Origin: Sedimentisphaerales bacterium
Lineage (GTDB): Bacteria > Planctomycetota > Phycisphaerae > Sedimentisphaerales > Anaerobacaceae
Assembly (NCBI GenBank): GCA_963708075.1
Contig: OY970194.1
Span: forward strand, 2,368,001-2,432,000
Direction of reading: 5' to 3'
DNA: 64,000 bases
Below are positions 43,321 to 52,499 of the stretch, in pieces. Below the pieces are notes generated by a model. That model was not told the origin of the DNA. It ran no database searches and saw only the letters and a list, made by a program, of their open reading frames with translations. The translations under genes were made by a program, and so were the position numbers. The first letter of the stretch is position 1; each line of letters begins with the position of its first letter.

Positions 43321-43701
43321 TCACTGCTGCTGGCGCTCGGGGAAACTGTGAATTGCACTGTCCACATCCTCATGGATCTCGAACACGCTCGTCAGCCGGG
43401 TGATCTTGAACACCTCATAGATGCCGGGGTGAATGTTGCATAGCCGCAACTCGCCCCCCTGCTCATAGATCCTTTTACTGATCCTGATCAACAGCCCGAG
43501 CACGGCAGAGGACAGGAACCTCACATGGCGGAAATCCAGCACCAGATGGATGCGGCTTGCCTGCTCGATCACGGCCTCGATCGACGTTCGCAGCGCTCGT
43601 ACGTCCGTCTCCTCGAGGATTTTCTCGTCGGTAAAGGCTACTACCGTCGCGTCATCCACATACTGCACACTAATTCGCGGCTGACTTACAGCCATATTCA
43701 T
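43321..43701 (-). CDS. STAS-domain anti-sigma factor antagonist (RsbV/SpoIIAA family)
   Basis: LDFRHVRFLSSAVLG, LRLCNI, VFKITRL. Confidence 0.9.
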   Translation of the reverse strand: MNMAVSQPRISVQYVDDATVVAFTDEKILEETDVRALRTSIEAVIEQASRIHLVLDFRHVRFLSSAVLGLLIRISKRIYEQGGELRLCNIHPGIYEVFKITRLTSVFEIHEDVDSAIHSFPERQQQ

Positions 43702-43728
43702 CTCCTAAGATTCAAAAAAGACCGCCAG

Positions 43729-43757
43729 ATCCTATGCGGCTGCCCTGCCACTGTCAA
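43729..43757 (-). promoter_or_regulatory. Sigma70-like promoter of the STAS/anti-sigma unit
   Basis: Minus strand TTGACA-N17-TAGGAT. Confidence 0.6.
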
Positions 43758-44036
43758 GTCCTTTGGCCGGATATTGCCTCTTCTACCCGGACCTTCGCCC
43801 GAGATTCCGAAAAATCCCGCCGCGAAAGCAGCAAATTTCCTCCATTTTGAAAAAAACTCTTGCTATTCGAATAAACAATAGATACTAATACCTAATTGGA
43901 TCACCGGAGATGGCAGTATCCGGCCGCCGGTGTTCGGGGTGTGTGTCACGTGAGAGCCGTAAGGTGCAACCGCACGCGGCGCCCATGACTACCATACGGA
44001 TTGTAAGAATTCCTGGTTGTTTGGAAGGAGAATCAG

Positions 44037-44435
44037 ATGAGAGTCAGCAGGTCAACCGGATATGCTCTCTTGGCGGTCGGCTACATTGCCAAGAATCAGG
44101 GTGACGGTGTCGTTCTGTCCCAGGACGTCTCCAAGCAGTATGACATTCCTCTTGAGTACCTGCTCAAGATTCTGCAACAGTTGGTCCGGGCTAATGTGCT
44201 TCGCAGCAAGCGGGGCCCACGCGGCGGTTTCTCCCTGGCCAAGATGCCAAACAAGATTACGATGCTCGAGATTATCGAGGCGGTGGACGGCCCGCTGACG
44301 GGCGAGTTGAGCCTCGCGAACGCCCGTGGCGACAAGTACGCCCAGAGGGCTGAGCAGACCTACAATAAGGCAATTGCCCAAGCCAAGAGCGTCTTCGAGA
44401 AGACGAAGCTGTCGAGCCTGCTGACCGGCAAGTAA
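44037..44435 (+). CDS. Rrf2 family transcriptional regulator
   Basis: YLLKILQQL, SKRGPRGGFSLA, EIIEAVDG; GGAG RBS. Confidence 0.92.
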   Translation: MRVSRSTGYALLAVGYIAKNQGDGVVLSQDVSKQYDIPLEYLLKILQQLVRANVLRSKRGPRGGFSLAKMPNKITMLEIIEAVDGPLTGELSLANARGDKYAQRAEQTYNKAIAQAKSVFEKTKLSSLLTGK

Positions 44436-44521
44436 GGCCCTGCGCCGCCTGTCACAGGTCATCCTGCCCTGCAGTACCGGATTTCGCGCGAGGTTCCTCG
44501 CGAGAGCTTGGGGTGCGCGCT

Positions 44522-44791
44522 ATGCAGATCAGCGAATTTCAGAGGTTCATCGCCCGCAAATACAAGAAGCGGGACAAGGAACGAGGCGTGCCTCGCACGT
44601 TCCTGTGGTTCATTGAGGAAGTCGGGGAGCTTGCTACGGCCTTGGCTTCCAAGGACAAGGCCAACACCGAAGAAGAATTCGCGGACGTATTCGCCTGGCT
44701 GTGCACCCTTGCCAACATCACGGATGTCAATCTGGAGAAGGCCTGCGGCAAGTACACCAGCGGCAAGGTCAAGGGCTTCAAACCCAAGTAG
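44522..44791 (+). CDS. MazG-like nucleotide pyrophosphohydrolase
   Basis: EEVGELA, EEFADVFAWL. Confidence 0.88.
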   Translation: MQISEFQRFIARKYKKRDKERGVPRTFLWFIEEVGELATALASKDKANTEEEFADVFAWLCTLANITDVNLEKACGKYTSGKVKGFKPK

Positions 44792-45076
44792 GCCGGAGGG
44801 GACGCACAGGATCGGCCCGTCAGGGAAGCATGGCGGGTGAGGGTCTATCTACTTATTCCGATCTCATCGAGTCTGGATTTGAGAGGATCTGCCGCGGCAT
44901 CGGCGCAAGCAGCCCGTGTGTGACTACATTTCATGAGGCGGGTACGGCTTCACTTGCGAGAAGAAATCATGCGAGGATGCACAACCTGCGGAAGGTGTCC
45001 AAGGCCCTTCTCGTGGGGCAAACGTCTCCGCGCGCCTGACGGAGTCATGCAGGCCCGGAAGACATGGCCGCACACA

Positions 45077-45872
45077 TCACTCGGTGGTGGCTCGCGTGAT
45101 GCCCAGCAGTTCGAGCGAGTCCCGTTCGATCACGTTGCGGATGCTGGCTCGAGGGACGGTCGGCAACTGCGTGTCGGCCAGAAGCATGTTGAACCCCAGG
45201 AGCGTCTCGATGCATTCTCCTGCGTTTGCCAGGGGGAAACCGCTGCCGAACAACAGTTTGTCCATGACGTCACGCTCATACGCCGCCACGACAATATTGT
45301 AGGTCTGCCAGACCTTGCCCGGCCGGATCGTCAGGTCGGCGAAAACTCGCTCGTGCTTGGACACCATCGACAGGGTCTGCTCGATAAACGGCACGCCCAT
45401 ATTGCCGATCACCATGTTCAGCTCAGGAAAGGCCCGCGCCACTTCGTCCAGCAGATACGGCTGTGCGTACTCCAGGATGGCGCCGGCCCTCAAGGTATGA
45501 CTGCTGTTGTGAAAGAAGACCGGCAGGCCCATCTCCTGCACCGCGGCATAGAACCGCATCGCCCGGCTGTGTACAGGATGAAAGCCGCATAACGAACAGT
45601 AAATGACGAATCCTCTCAGGTTGAGCTTTTCCACCTGAGATCGAAGGCTCTTCTCGTCGATACGGTCCTGCGTCGGATCCACCACGGCAAAGCCCACCAT
45701 CCTGGTTTTGTTCCGATCCATGTACTCGGACAGTTTCCTGTTCACTGTCTCACGGGAGTCATCCGGGCTGGCAAGGACAATACATGCATCGACGGTTCTC
45801 TACTGCCGTCAGATGCTCCGAGGTGTCCACCTCACTCAACGAACGGACATGCGTATGACAATCCACAATCAT
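45077..45872 (-). pseudogene. Amidohydrolase family (Amidohydro_2) protein; +1 frameshift near 45796 (probably a sequencing error)
   Basis: N-terminus MIVDCHTH at 45872 in one frame; GFAVVDP, GLPVFFH, KLLFGSGFP in the downstream frame. Confidence 0.8.
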
Positions 45873-46256
45873 GGCCACATCCTACCTGTGCCGCGTGCCC
45901 CCCGCCGCCGCTATGCACAAGGTCGGTTATCTTAAATCCCGTGCCGCAGTACGTCAAGAGCAAATATCCGCCGTGCGGAATCCTGGACGATACTCCGCTT
46001 GACCCCGGCTCTCCCAGCCGGTACGATGACGCTTACCGGGGGAATCGCGTGCCCTGGTGAGAGATGACAACTGCAAGGGTCCATTCCTCCTGTTTTCGGC
46101 ATGCTTCCGAAATGGAATTGAATATTCCGTGCGAACAAGCGTCTGTATGATGGAAAAGATGAGGCCGGCCCATTGCCGCAGTGGCATGCCGTAAGCCCCG
46201 TCCCGGATTTGCTGAGTTGCAGGTCCTGAAATATAGGCAGGCATTAGGAGGCATAC

Positions 46257-46670
46257 ATGGATTGCCCAACGTGCCACAATGCCATGATTACGCTGGAACT
46301 GGCCGACGTGGAGATCGACCACTGCACGAGTTGCGGGGGTATCTGGCTTGATACCGGTGAGCTCGAGATATTGCTGGGCGATCCGGCACGGGCCAAACAC
46401 CTCCTTCGTTCCTTCCAGCAGAGTGGCTCGGCGACCGAGCTGCCTCGCAGGTGTCCCATCTGCGACAAGAAAATGGCAAAAGTCGCTGTTGGGCGGTCCG
46501 ATCCCCTTCTAATGGTCGATAAATGCCCTCGCGATGACGGCCTCTGGTTTGACAGGGGTGAGCTTCAGGAGGTCCTGACCCGGGCCGACTTGGACGACGG
46601 TAACAGAATTCAGCAGCTCCTGGCCGATATATTTGGCAGAGATCGAGAGAAACACGGTGCAAAACCATAA
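46257..46670 (+). CDS. zf-TFIIB double zinc-ribbon protein
   Basis: CPTC...IDHCTSCGGIWLDTGEL and CPIC...DKCPRDDGLWFDRGEL; AGGAGG RBS. Confidence 0.88.
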   Translation: MDCPTCHNAMITLELADVEIDHCTSCGGIWLDTGELEILLGDPARAKHLLRSFQQSGSATELPRRCPICDKKMAKVAVGRSDPLLMVDKCPRDDGLWFDRGELQEVLTRADLDDGNRIQQLLADIFGRDREKHGAKP

Positions 46671-46811
46671 GCAACACATTATTTCACTGGACACCCCGGC
46701 AGGGTATAATTCCTGCCTGGATGATGGATGAGTCCGGACGCGAATCGTTCGCGTGGAGAGTACATCGTGTAGCGCACTTTGTGTGGAACTGTTTGATGAA
46801 AGGATCGAATC

Positions 46812-46898
46812 ATGGGATCGTGGACTTGGATTCTCCTGGGTGTTGCTGCTGTCCTTCTCGTTGTGGCCCTGGTAATGAAGAAGGGGAAATCCTCGTAA
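46812..46898 (+). CDS. Small single-TM membrane protein (28 aa), not in ORF track
   Basis: MGSWTWILLGVAAVLLVVALVMKKGKSS*; AAAGGA 7 nt upstream; directly before lemA. Confidence 0.6.
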   Translation: MGSWTWILLGVAAVLLVVALVMKKGKSS

Positions 46899-46933
46899 CG
46901 TAGTATCCGTCCGTCCGACAGAAGGGAAAACAC

Positions 46934-47503
46934 ATGCCCGGAACACTGATAGCATTGGCCGTACTTGTCGGTATTGTCATCCTGCTGGCCCTCGCGGTAA
47001 TCGGCATCTACAACTCGCTGATTCGCCTGCGCAATCAGGTCGACAATGCCTGGTCGCAAATCGACGTCCAGTTGAAACGCCGTCACGACCTGATCCCGAA
47101 CCTCGTGGAGACGGCCAGGGGCTACATGAAGCACGAGCGGGAGACCTTCGAGGCCATCACCAAGGCACGAAGTGCGGCGATGGGCGCCAGGACCGTCTCC
47201 GAAGCCGGCCAAGCGGAAGGCATGCTCGCAGAAGCGCTCAGCAGGTTCATGCTCGTGGTCGAGAACTACCCCGACCTCAAAGCGAACCAGAACTTCCTCG
47301 CATTACAGGAAGAGCTGACGAGCACGGAGAACAAGATCGCGTTTGCCCGCCAGAACTATAACGATCAGGTCTTGTACTACAACAACAAGATTCAGATGTT
47401 CCCGTCCAATATTCTGGCCGGCATGTTCAACTTCACCAAACGTGACTTCTTCGAAGTGCAGACGCCGGGCGAGCGGGAAGTGCCAAAGGTCAGTTTCGCC
47501 TGA
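46934..47503 (+). CDS. lemA: LemA family protein
   Basis: YNSL, AWSQIDVQLKRRHDLIPNLV, ENYPDLKAN, ENKIAFARQNYN. Confidence 0.95.
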   Translation: MPGTLIALAVLVGIVILLALAVIGIYNSLIRLRNQVDNAWSQIDVQLKRRHDLIPNLVETARGYMKHERETFEAITKARSAAMGARTVSEAGQAEGMLAEALSRFMLVVENYPDLKANQNFLALQEELTSTENKIAFARQNYNDQVLYYNNKIQMFPSNILAGMFNFTKRDFFEVQTPGEREVPKVSFA

Positions 47504-47691
47504 TGAGCGACCGGCAGAAGGCGAAGCAGTACACGTAGCCACAGGGCATCTGTGGCCGGCGGCTCCTCCTGGCGCCGCATGGGACGGACAGAATCACAAT
47601 AGGTTGATGGCGTGGCAGATCGCAGGCTGAGTGCGGTGGAGGAAGGAGACCTGCCCGGGGGAAATATTTTCGCTTGAACGAGACGACAACA

Positions 47692-48924
47692 ATGTGGGAA
47701 CTCATCCGCGCGAACAAGCGAAACTCTGTCGCGCTCATGATCCTGATGGCTCTTGTGCTGTTTCTGCTCGGCTCCGTCATCGGTTTGGCCGTCTTTGGCC
47801 CGGAAGGCGGGCTGATGGGCATGGGAATCGCGGCGGTCGTCTGGCTGGTGCTGGCTATGGTCAGCTTCTCCTCCGGCGATCAGATTCTTCTCGCCGCCAG
47901 TCGCGCGCAGCGCGTCACTCATGACGTTCACCCGCAACTATTTAATATCGTGGAGGAGATGAAGATCGCGGCGGGTCTGCCTGCCATGCCGAAGATCTAC
48001 ATCATCAACGATCCGGCGCCAAATGCCTTTGCGACCGGCCGCAGCCCCCAGTCCGCCTCCATCGCCGTCACGGCCGGCCTGCTGGCGAGGCTCAATCGTG
48101 ACGAGCTGCAGGGCGTCGTCGCCCACGAAATGAGCCACATCCTGCACCGTGACATCCTGTACATCACACTCGCAGGCATTATGCTCGGCGGCATTACCCT
48201 GCTCTCCCAAGCCTTCCTGCGCGGCTCGTACTATGGCTCAATGGGCTCGCGACGACGCTATTCCAGCGACCGTGGTGGTGGGCAGGCACAGGCCATTCTC
48301 CTGCTCATTGCGGTCGCCGCCGCTATTCTGGCGCCGATCATGGCCTATCTGCTCTACTTTGCGCTGTCCCGCCGGCGCGAGTACCTGGCCGACGCCGGCG
48401 CTGCCCGGCTGACCCGCTACCCGGAAGGCCTGGCCAGTGCACTGGAGAAGATTGCCAGTGACCCATCGCCGCAATTGGCCTCAGCCAGTAAGGCGACGGC
48501 CCCGATGTACATCGCCAACCCCTTCAAGCGACGCGGGGGAATGGGCCTCTCCGACCTGACCAGCACTCACCCCCCGATCTCCGAGCGCATCCGCATCCTG
48601 CGCAGCATGTCCCAGGGGGCGTCCTATCGGGACTATGCGCGGGCGTATGTAACCGTCACCGGCACGAAGAACATCATCCCCGCTTCCGCCCTGTCCGGCG
48701 GAGAAGTCTCGCTCCGGCCCGGTGAGATTCAGCCGGCGGCGCAAGAGCCACCCGCCAAGCAGGCCCACCAGGTTGGCGACATCATGCGAAAGGTGAACGG
48801 CTTCTCGTTCCTCACATGCCCGTGCGGCCTGAAGCTCAAAGTCCCGCCGAACTTCAAGGCCGACAAGGTCAACTGCCCCCGCTGCGACCGGACCCTCCAC
48901 CTCCGCCCCCAGCCCCAGATTTGA
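47692..48924 (+). CDS. htpX: M48 family zinc metalloprotease HtpX with C-terminal zinc ribbon
   Basis: PNAFATG, HEMSH, REYLAD, STHPP; C-terminal CPCG...CPRC. Confidence 0.88.
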   Translation: MWELIRANKRNSVALMILMALVLFLLGSVIGLAVFGPEGGLMGMGIAAVVWLVLAMVSFSSGDQILLAASRAQRVTHDVHPQLFNIVEEMKIAAGLPAMPKIYIINDPAPNAFATGRSPQSASIAVTAGLLARLNRDELQGVVAHEMSHILHRDILYITLAGIMLGGITLLSQAFLRGSYYGSMGSRRRYSSDRGGGQAQAILLLIAVAAAILAPIMAYLLYFALSRRREYLADAGAARLTRYPEGLASALEKIASDPSPQLASASKATAPMYIANPFKRRGGMGLSDLTSTHPPISERIRILRSMSQGASYRDYARAYVTVTGTKNIIPASALSGGEVSLRPGEIQPAAQEPPAKQAHQVGDIMRKVNGFSFLTCPCGLKLKVPPNFKADKVNCPRCDRTLHLRPQPQI

Positions 48925-49020
48925 CCTTGAGCGCGCAGGCAAAGCGTCGCGCTACGGCTCGGGTGCGACCGGAATGCGGTGGCAGCATGTGGCCGCCGTG
49001 TGCGGACCGTGCCCTCTTTC

Positions 49021-49253
49021 GTCCCTTGCGGGACTGGCTTTTGTCCTTGGCCCCGGTTCCCCAGCGATGAATCGCTGGGCTATTCTCTATCGCCCTCCGG
49101 GCTTGGACTGCGTCATGGCTGAGCTTCATGGTCCTGCCAAACTGAAGGCTATTCTCTATCGCGCTCCAGGCTTGGACTGCGCCGCAGTCCTCTTGCATCG
49201 GCCCATCCGCCCCACAGGGGCGATCGACAATAGCCCACCGTTTCAACGGTGGG
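49021..49253. repeat. REP/REPIN-like cluster of short palindromes and direct repeats
   Basis: Hairpins gtccc-ttgc-gggac, cccagcgat-ga-atcgctggg, gcccc-aca-ggggc, cccaccgtt-tc-aacggtggg; about 34-bp direct repeat ggctattctctatcgc.ctcc.ggcttggactgcg near 49078 and 49147. Confidence 0.7.
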
Positions 49254-49385
49254 TGCCGATAGCCGATCTATCCGAAAGCCCCATAGAGGCGAAAGAAGAC
49301 TGGGCCGCGCTCTTGTGTCGGGTGGAATCCGAATCCGCCACCGTATGCCGACCGCACCCTTTCCCTGAAAGAAAGAAGATTTCTC

Positions 49386-49414
49386 TTGACGGCTTCATTG
49401 GCCTCGCGTACAAT
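49386..49414 (+). promoter_or_regulatory. Sigma70-like promoter
   Basis: TTGACG-N17-TACAAT. Confidence 0.6.
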
Positions 49415-49706
49415 GCACAGCGGAAAATGCAAAGGCGGGCAAGCAGTTTTGTCATAACTTATATCGCCATCATATTTTGACTTCATTTCATACCGCCCAC
49501 CTTCGCGAGTGAGTGTTTTCTGCGTCATGGGAATACCGTGCCTTCAGGGCATCGGCAGGCGGAGTGGCAATGTGCGCGGAGAATTCTCCAATTGCAGAGA
49601 TCGTTCGATTCCACAGGCATGAAGCGAAGGTGTTCTGCGCCGACAGACGCGGGTGTGTGCCCGCGCCGGTACTCATACCTATCATCTTATTGGAAAGGAG
49701 CGGAAA

Positions 49707-51506
49707 ATGGACAGGATCAGAAATCTTGGAGCTGTGGCAACCATCGGTTTGTTCCTGATGGCCCTATGCAGCACGGCCTCCGGCAAGATCATCTATGTGG
49801 ATGACACGGCAGCCGGGGCCAACAACGGCACTTCCTGGGCGGATGCGTTCAGCTCCCTGCAGGATGCCCTTACGAAGGCTGGGCAGGGTGACGAGGTGCA
49901 CGTCGCGCAGGGCACATACAAGCCCGCTGCGTCACCAGGGATGGGCGGCAACACAGGTGATAAGGGAGCGAGTTTCCGCCTGATCAGTGGCGTGAAATTG
50001 GCGGGCGGGTACGCCGGCGCTGGTGTGGCCGAGCCGGATGACCGCGACCTGCAATTGTATCCGACAGTTCTCACCGGCGATCTCAAGGACAACGATGCAG
50101 AGAACAGCGACCTCCCGAGCCTCCCGAATGACCCAACTCGATCCGACAACAGCACTTACGTCATTGTCAGCCAGAACAACGACTCAAGCACCCTACTGGA
50201 CGGTTTTGTCATTACGGCCGGTGCACGGAGCGGCCTGAATTGCGCCGGCAGTAGTCTCGTTGTCGTGGATTGCGTCTTCCGGCAGAACTCCACCACGTTC
50301 GACGGTGGCGCGGTGCATCAGGAGACGAGTGGCGTGGCCACATTTACGCGCTGCACCTTCACGGAAAACTACGCCAAACAACACGGCGGAGCCGTCTACA
50401 CCCAGGCCGGCGTCACCCTGACCGATTGTGCGTTCGTCGCCAATGAGGCCGGGATGGCGGGTGCCGCCGTCTACAACGCCGCGGGCAACACCGTCATGAC
50501 CGGCTGCACATTCACGCGAAATGCCGCCACTGCGGACGGGGCCGTCGAACATATCGGCGGCTGGCTGACGGCCAGAAACTGCACGTTTACCGACAACTCG
50601 GGTAAGGACGGCGGCGCCATCCACCTGCTCAGTGGTCACGCGGAGTTTGCTGACTGCCTGTTTGAGAACAACTCGGCCTCTGCAAAGGGTGGCGCCCTCT
50701 TCTACGATGGCGGCAGTTCAGAAAACGTTCGCAACTGCCTCTTCATCGGCAACTCGGCCGAACGCGGCGGTGCGGTCTTTGGATTCGGCCGGTCTACCAT
50801 CCGCAACTGTGTGTTTGAGGACAACTCTGCCAAGTCGGGAAGCGCCGCAAGCGCGGACTGTTACGCACCGAGCTTCGTCCATTGCGTCTTCTTTGCCAAT
50901 CCTGCCGATGACGGCGCCTGTGTTGCCCAAAACGCCTGCAGCAGTCGATCCGTCACCTGGGTCACTATCACCAATTGCATCCTTTGGGACAGTGGCGGCG
51001 TCTCCGTGGCCCAGACAAGCAAGGCGACCGCCACTTCCAGGGTCACCTACAGTCTCATTCAAGGCGGCTCGCCCGGGGAAGGCAACATCGACGCCGACCC
51101 GCTGTTTGCGATTCCGGGCCGCTGGGACCCAAACGGCATCCGGGATAACACCAGTGATGACTTCTGGGTCAATGGGGACTATCACCTGCGGTCCCAGACC
51201 GGACGGTGGGATCCTCTCAGCAAGAGTTGGGTCGTTGACGACGTAACCAGCCCGTGTATTGACGGCGGCGATCCGGCCGGCCCAATTGGGCTTGAGCCCT
51301 TCCCGAACGGTGGCGTCATCAACATGGGCATCTACGGCGGGACAGCCGAAGCGAGTAAATCTTACTTCGGCCAACCTGTCTGCCAGACGATCATCCCCGG
51401 CGACATCAATGGTGACTGCCGGGTGGACATGGCCGACCTCGAAATCATGATGAGTCACTGGCTTGAGGACGCGAACCCATCCCAGAACCCTCCCCATCGC
51501 AGGTGA
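49707..51506 (+). CDS. Secreted right-handed beta-helix protein (PMP-like GGA/FxxN repeats) with C-terminal dockerin-like motif
   Basis: Signal peptide; IYVD...GTSWADA; repeated FxxN...GGAV; DYHL...SPCIDGG; GDINGDCRVDMADL. Confidence 0.85.
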   Translation: MDRIRNLGAVATIGLFLMALCSTASGKIIYVDDTAAGANNGTSWADAFSSLQDALTKAGQGDEVHVAQGTYKPAASPGMGGNTGDKGASFRLISGVKLAGGYAGAGVAEPDDRDLQLYPTVLTGDLKDNDAENSDLPSLPNDPTRSDNSTYVIVSQNNDSSTLLDGFVITAGARSGLNCAGSSLVVVDCVFRQNSTTFDGGAVHQETSGVATFTRCTFTENYAKQHGGAVYTQAGVTLTDCAFVANEAGMAGAAVYNAAGNTVMTGCTFTRNAATADGAVEHIGGWLTARNCTFTDNSGKDGGAIHLLSGHAEFADCLFENNSASAKGGALFYDGGSSENVRNCLFIGNSAERGGAVFGFGRSTIRNCVFEDNSAKSGSAASADCYAPSFVHCVFFANPADDGACVAQNACSSRSVTWVTITNCILWDSGGVSVAQTSKATATSRVTYSLIQGGSPGEGNIDADPLFAIPGRWDPNGIRDNTSDDFWVNGDYHLRSQTGRWDPLSKSWVVDDVTSPCIDGGDPAGPIGLEPFPNGGVINMGIYGGTAEASKSYFGQPVCQTIIPGDINGDCRVDMADLEIMMSHWLEDANPSQNPPHRR

Positions 51507-51885
51507 GCGGGTCCGCAGACAGTGCGCGATGCAGTCGTCGGCTTCTGCCTGGCTGCCTGGCGGCATGCGACGGCGATGACGTTGGGCGGGTCTGCCCCCC
51601 CTACTGAGGAACTGGGGGACTGGCCGAGTCTTGTGCAGGCTGTTGTGAGGCGACAGTGTCCGGCGGCGTTGGCGCAGACTCTTGTGACGTCGGAGGACCG
51701 GGTGGAGTCTGCGCGGGTGGCGCGGCAGGCTTAGCCGCCGAAATTCATCGTCAAACCGGCCAATAGCAGTGAAAGGCATGCAAGTCGTATTCGCATGGAC
51801 ATACGCCCCAGAGTTGCTGATCGGGCACTCAGGCCACTATCAGAGTATTCGAAATGCGCAGGACGTGACCAAACCCCACTGTCAC

Positions 51886-51914
51886 GAAAAAAGTCCCGCC
51901 TTTCTGACGGGACT
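51886..51914 (-). terminator. Intrinsic terminator downstream of the cold-shock gene
   Basis: Minus strand agtcccgtca-gaaa-ggcgggact followed by T run. Confidence 0.7.
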
Positions 51915-51951
51915 CCTTAGCTTGCGACCATCGGACCCGAATGTTGCGCGC

Positions 51952-52155
51952 TCAGCAGGCTCGAACTGCTGTTGCTTGTGGTCCTTTCCTCCCTTGGCCG
52001 ACTGTGTACTCGACCTCCTGGCCTTCCAGAAGCGACTTGAACCCGTCGGACTCGATGTTCGAGAAGTGTACGAACAGGTCCTCGCCTCCGTCGTCCGGCG
52101 TGATGAAGCCGAACCCTTTCTTGGCATCAAACCACTTGACTTTGCCTCTACTCAC
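51952..52155 (-). CDS. Cold-shock protein (CspA family)
   Basis: GKVKWF, KGFGFI (RNP1), LFVHFS (RNP2); GTG start after AAGGAG. Confidence 0.95.
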   Translation of the reverse strand: MSRGKVKWFDAKKGFGFITPDDGGEDLFVHFSNIESDGFKSLLEGQEVEYTVGQGRKGPQATAVRAC

Positions 52156-52260
52156 TGTCCTACTCCTTCGTCCCTCGTTCTGCGAAACGGTGATTCGCTG
52201 ATCTCGCCGGGGGCATTCCTCCTGAGGGATCAAGAAATACTCCCCGCAGAAATCAAAAAA

Positions 52261-52290
52261 ATCCTACTTTAGCCCGTTGCCGCCTGTCAA
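52261..52290 (-). promoter_or_regulatory. Sigma70-like promoter of the cold-shock gene
   Basis: Minus strand TTGACA-N18-TAGGAT, implying a roughly 100-nt 5' UTR. Confidence 0.6.
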
Positions 52291-52499
52291 CAAAATTCTG
52301 GAAGAAATCCCCCATTTTTGAGGGGAGTTTCTGCCCTCGTCTTTCGCGATGTTTCAGCCAAAAACAGGGGATGTCACGCTGCCTCCCCCTCTGAATGTGG
52401 GGGCCATACAGGGTCCTGAAGTCCCGGCTTCGCCATGTGGTGACATTCGGGTGGCTTTTGACCGACTGTTATTGTGTAAGAACCCCTCGCACAAGTGCC

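Noticed and set aside
51522..51734. 70-aa ORF after the beta-helix gene
   Set aside because: GTG start, no clear RBS or motif; cannot be supported
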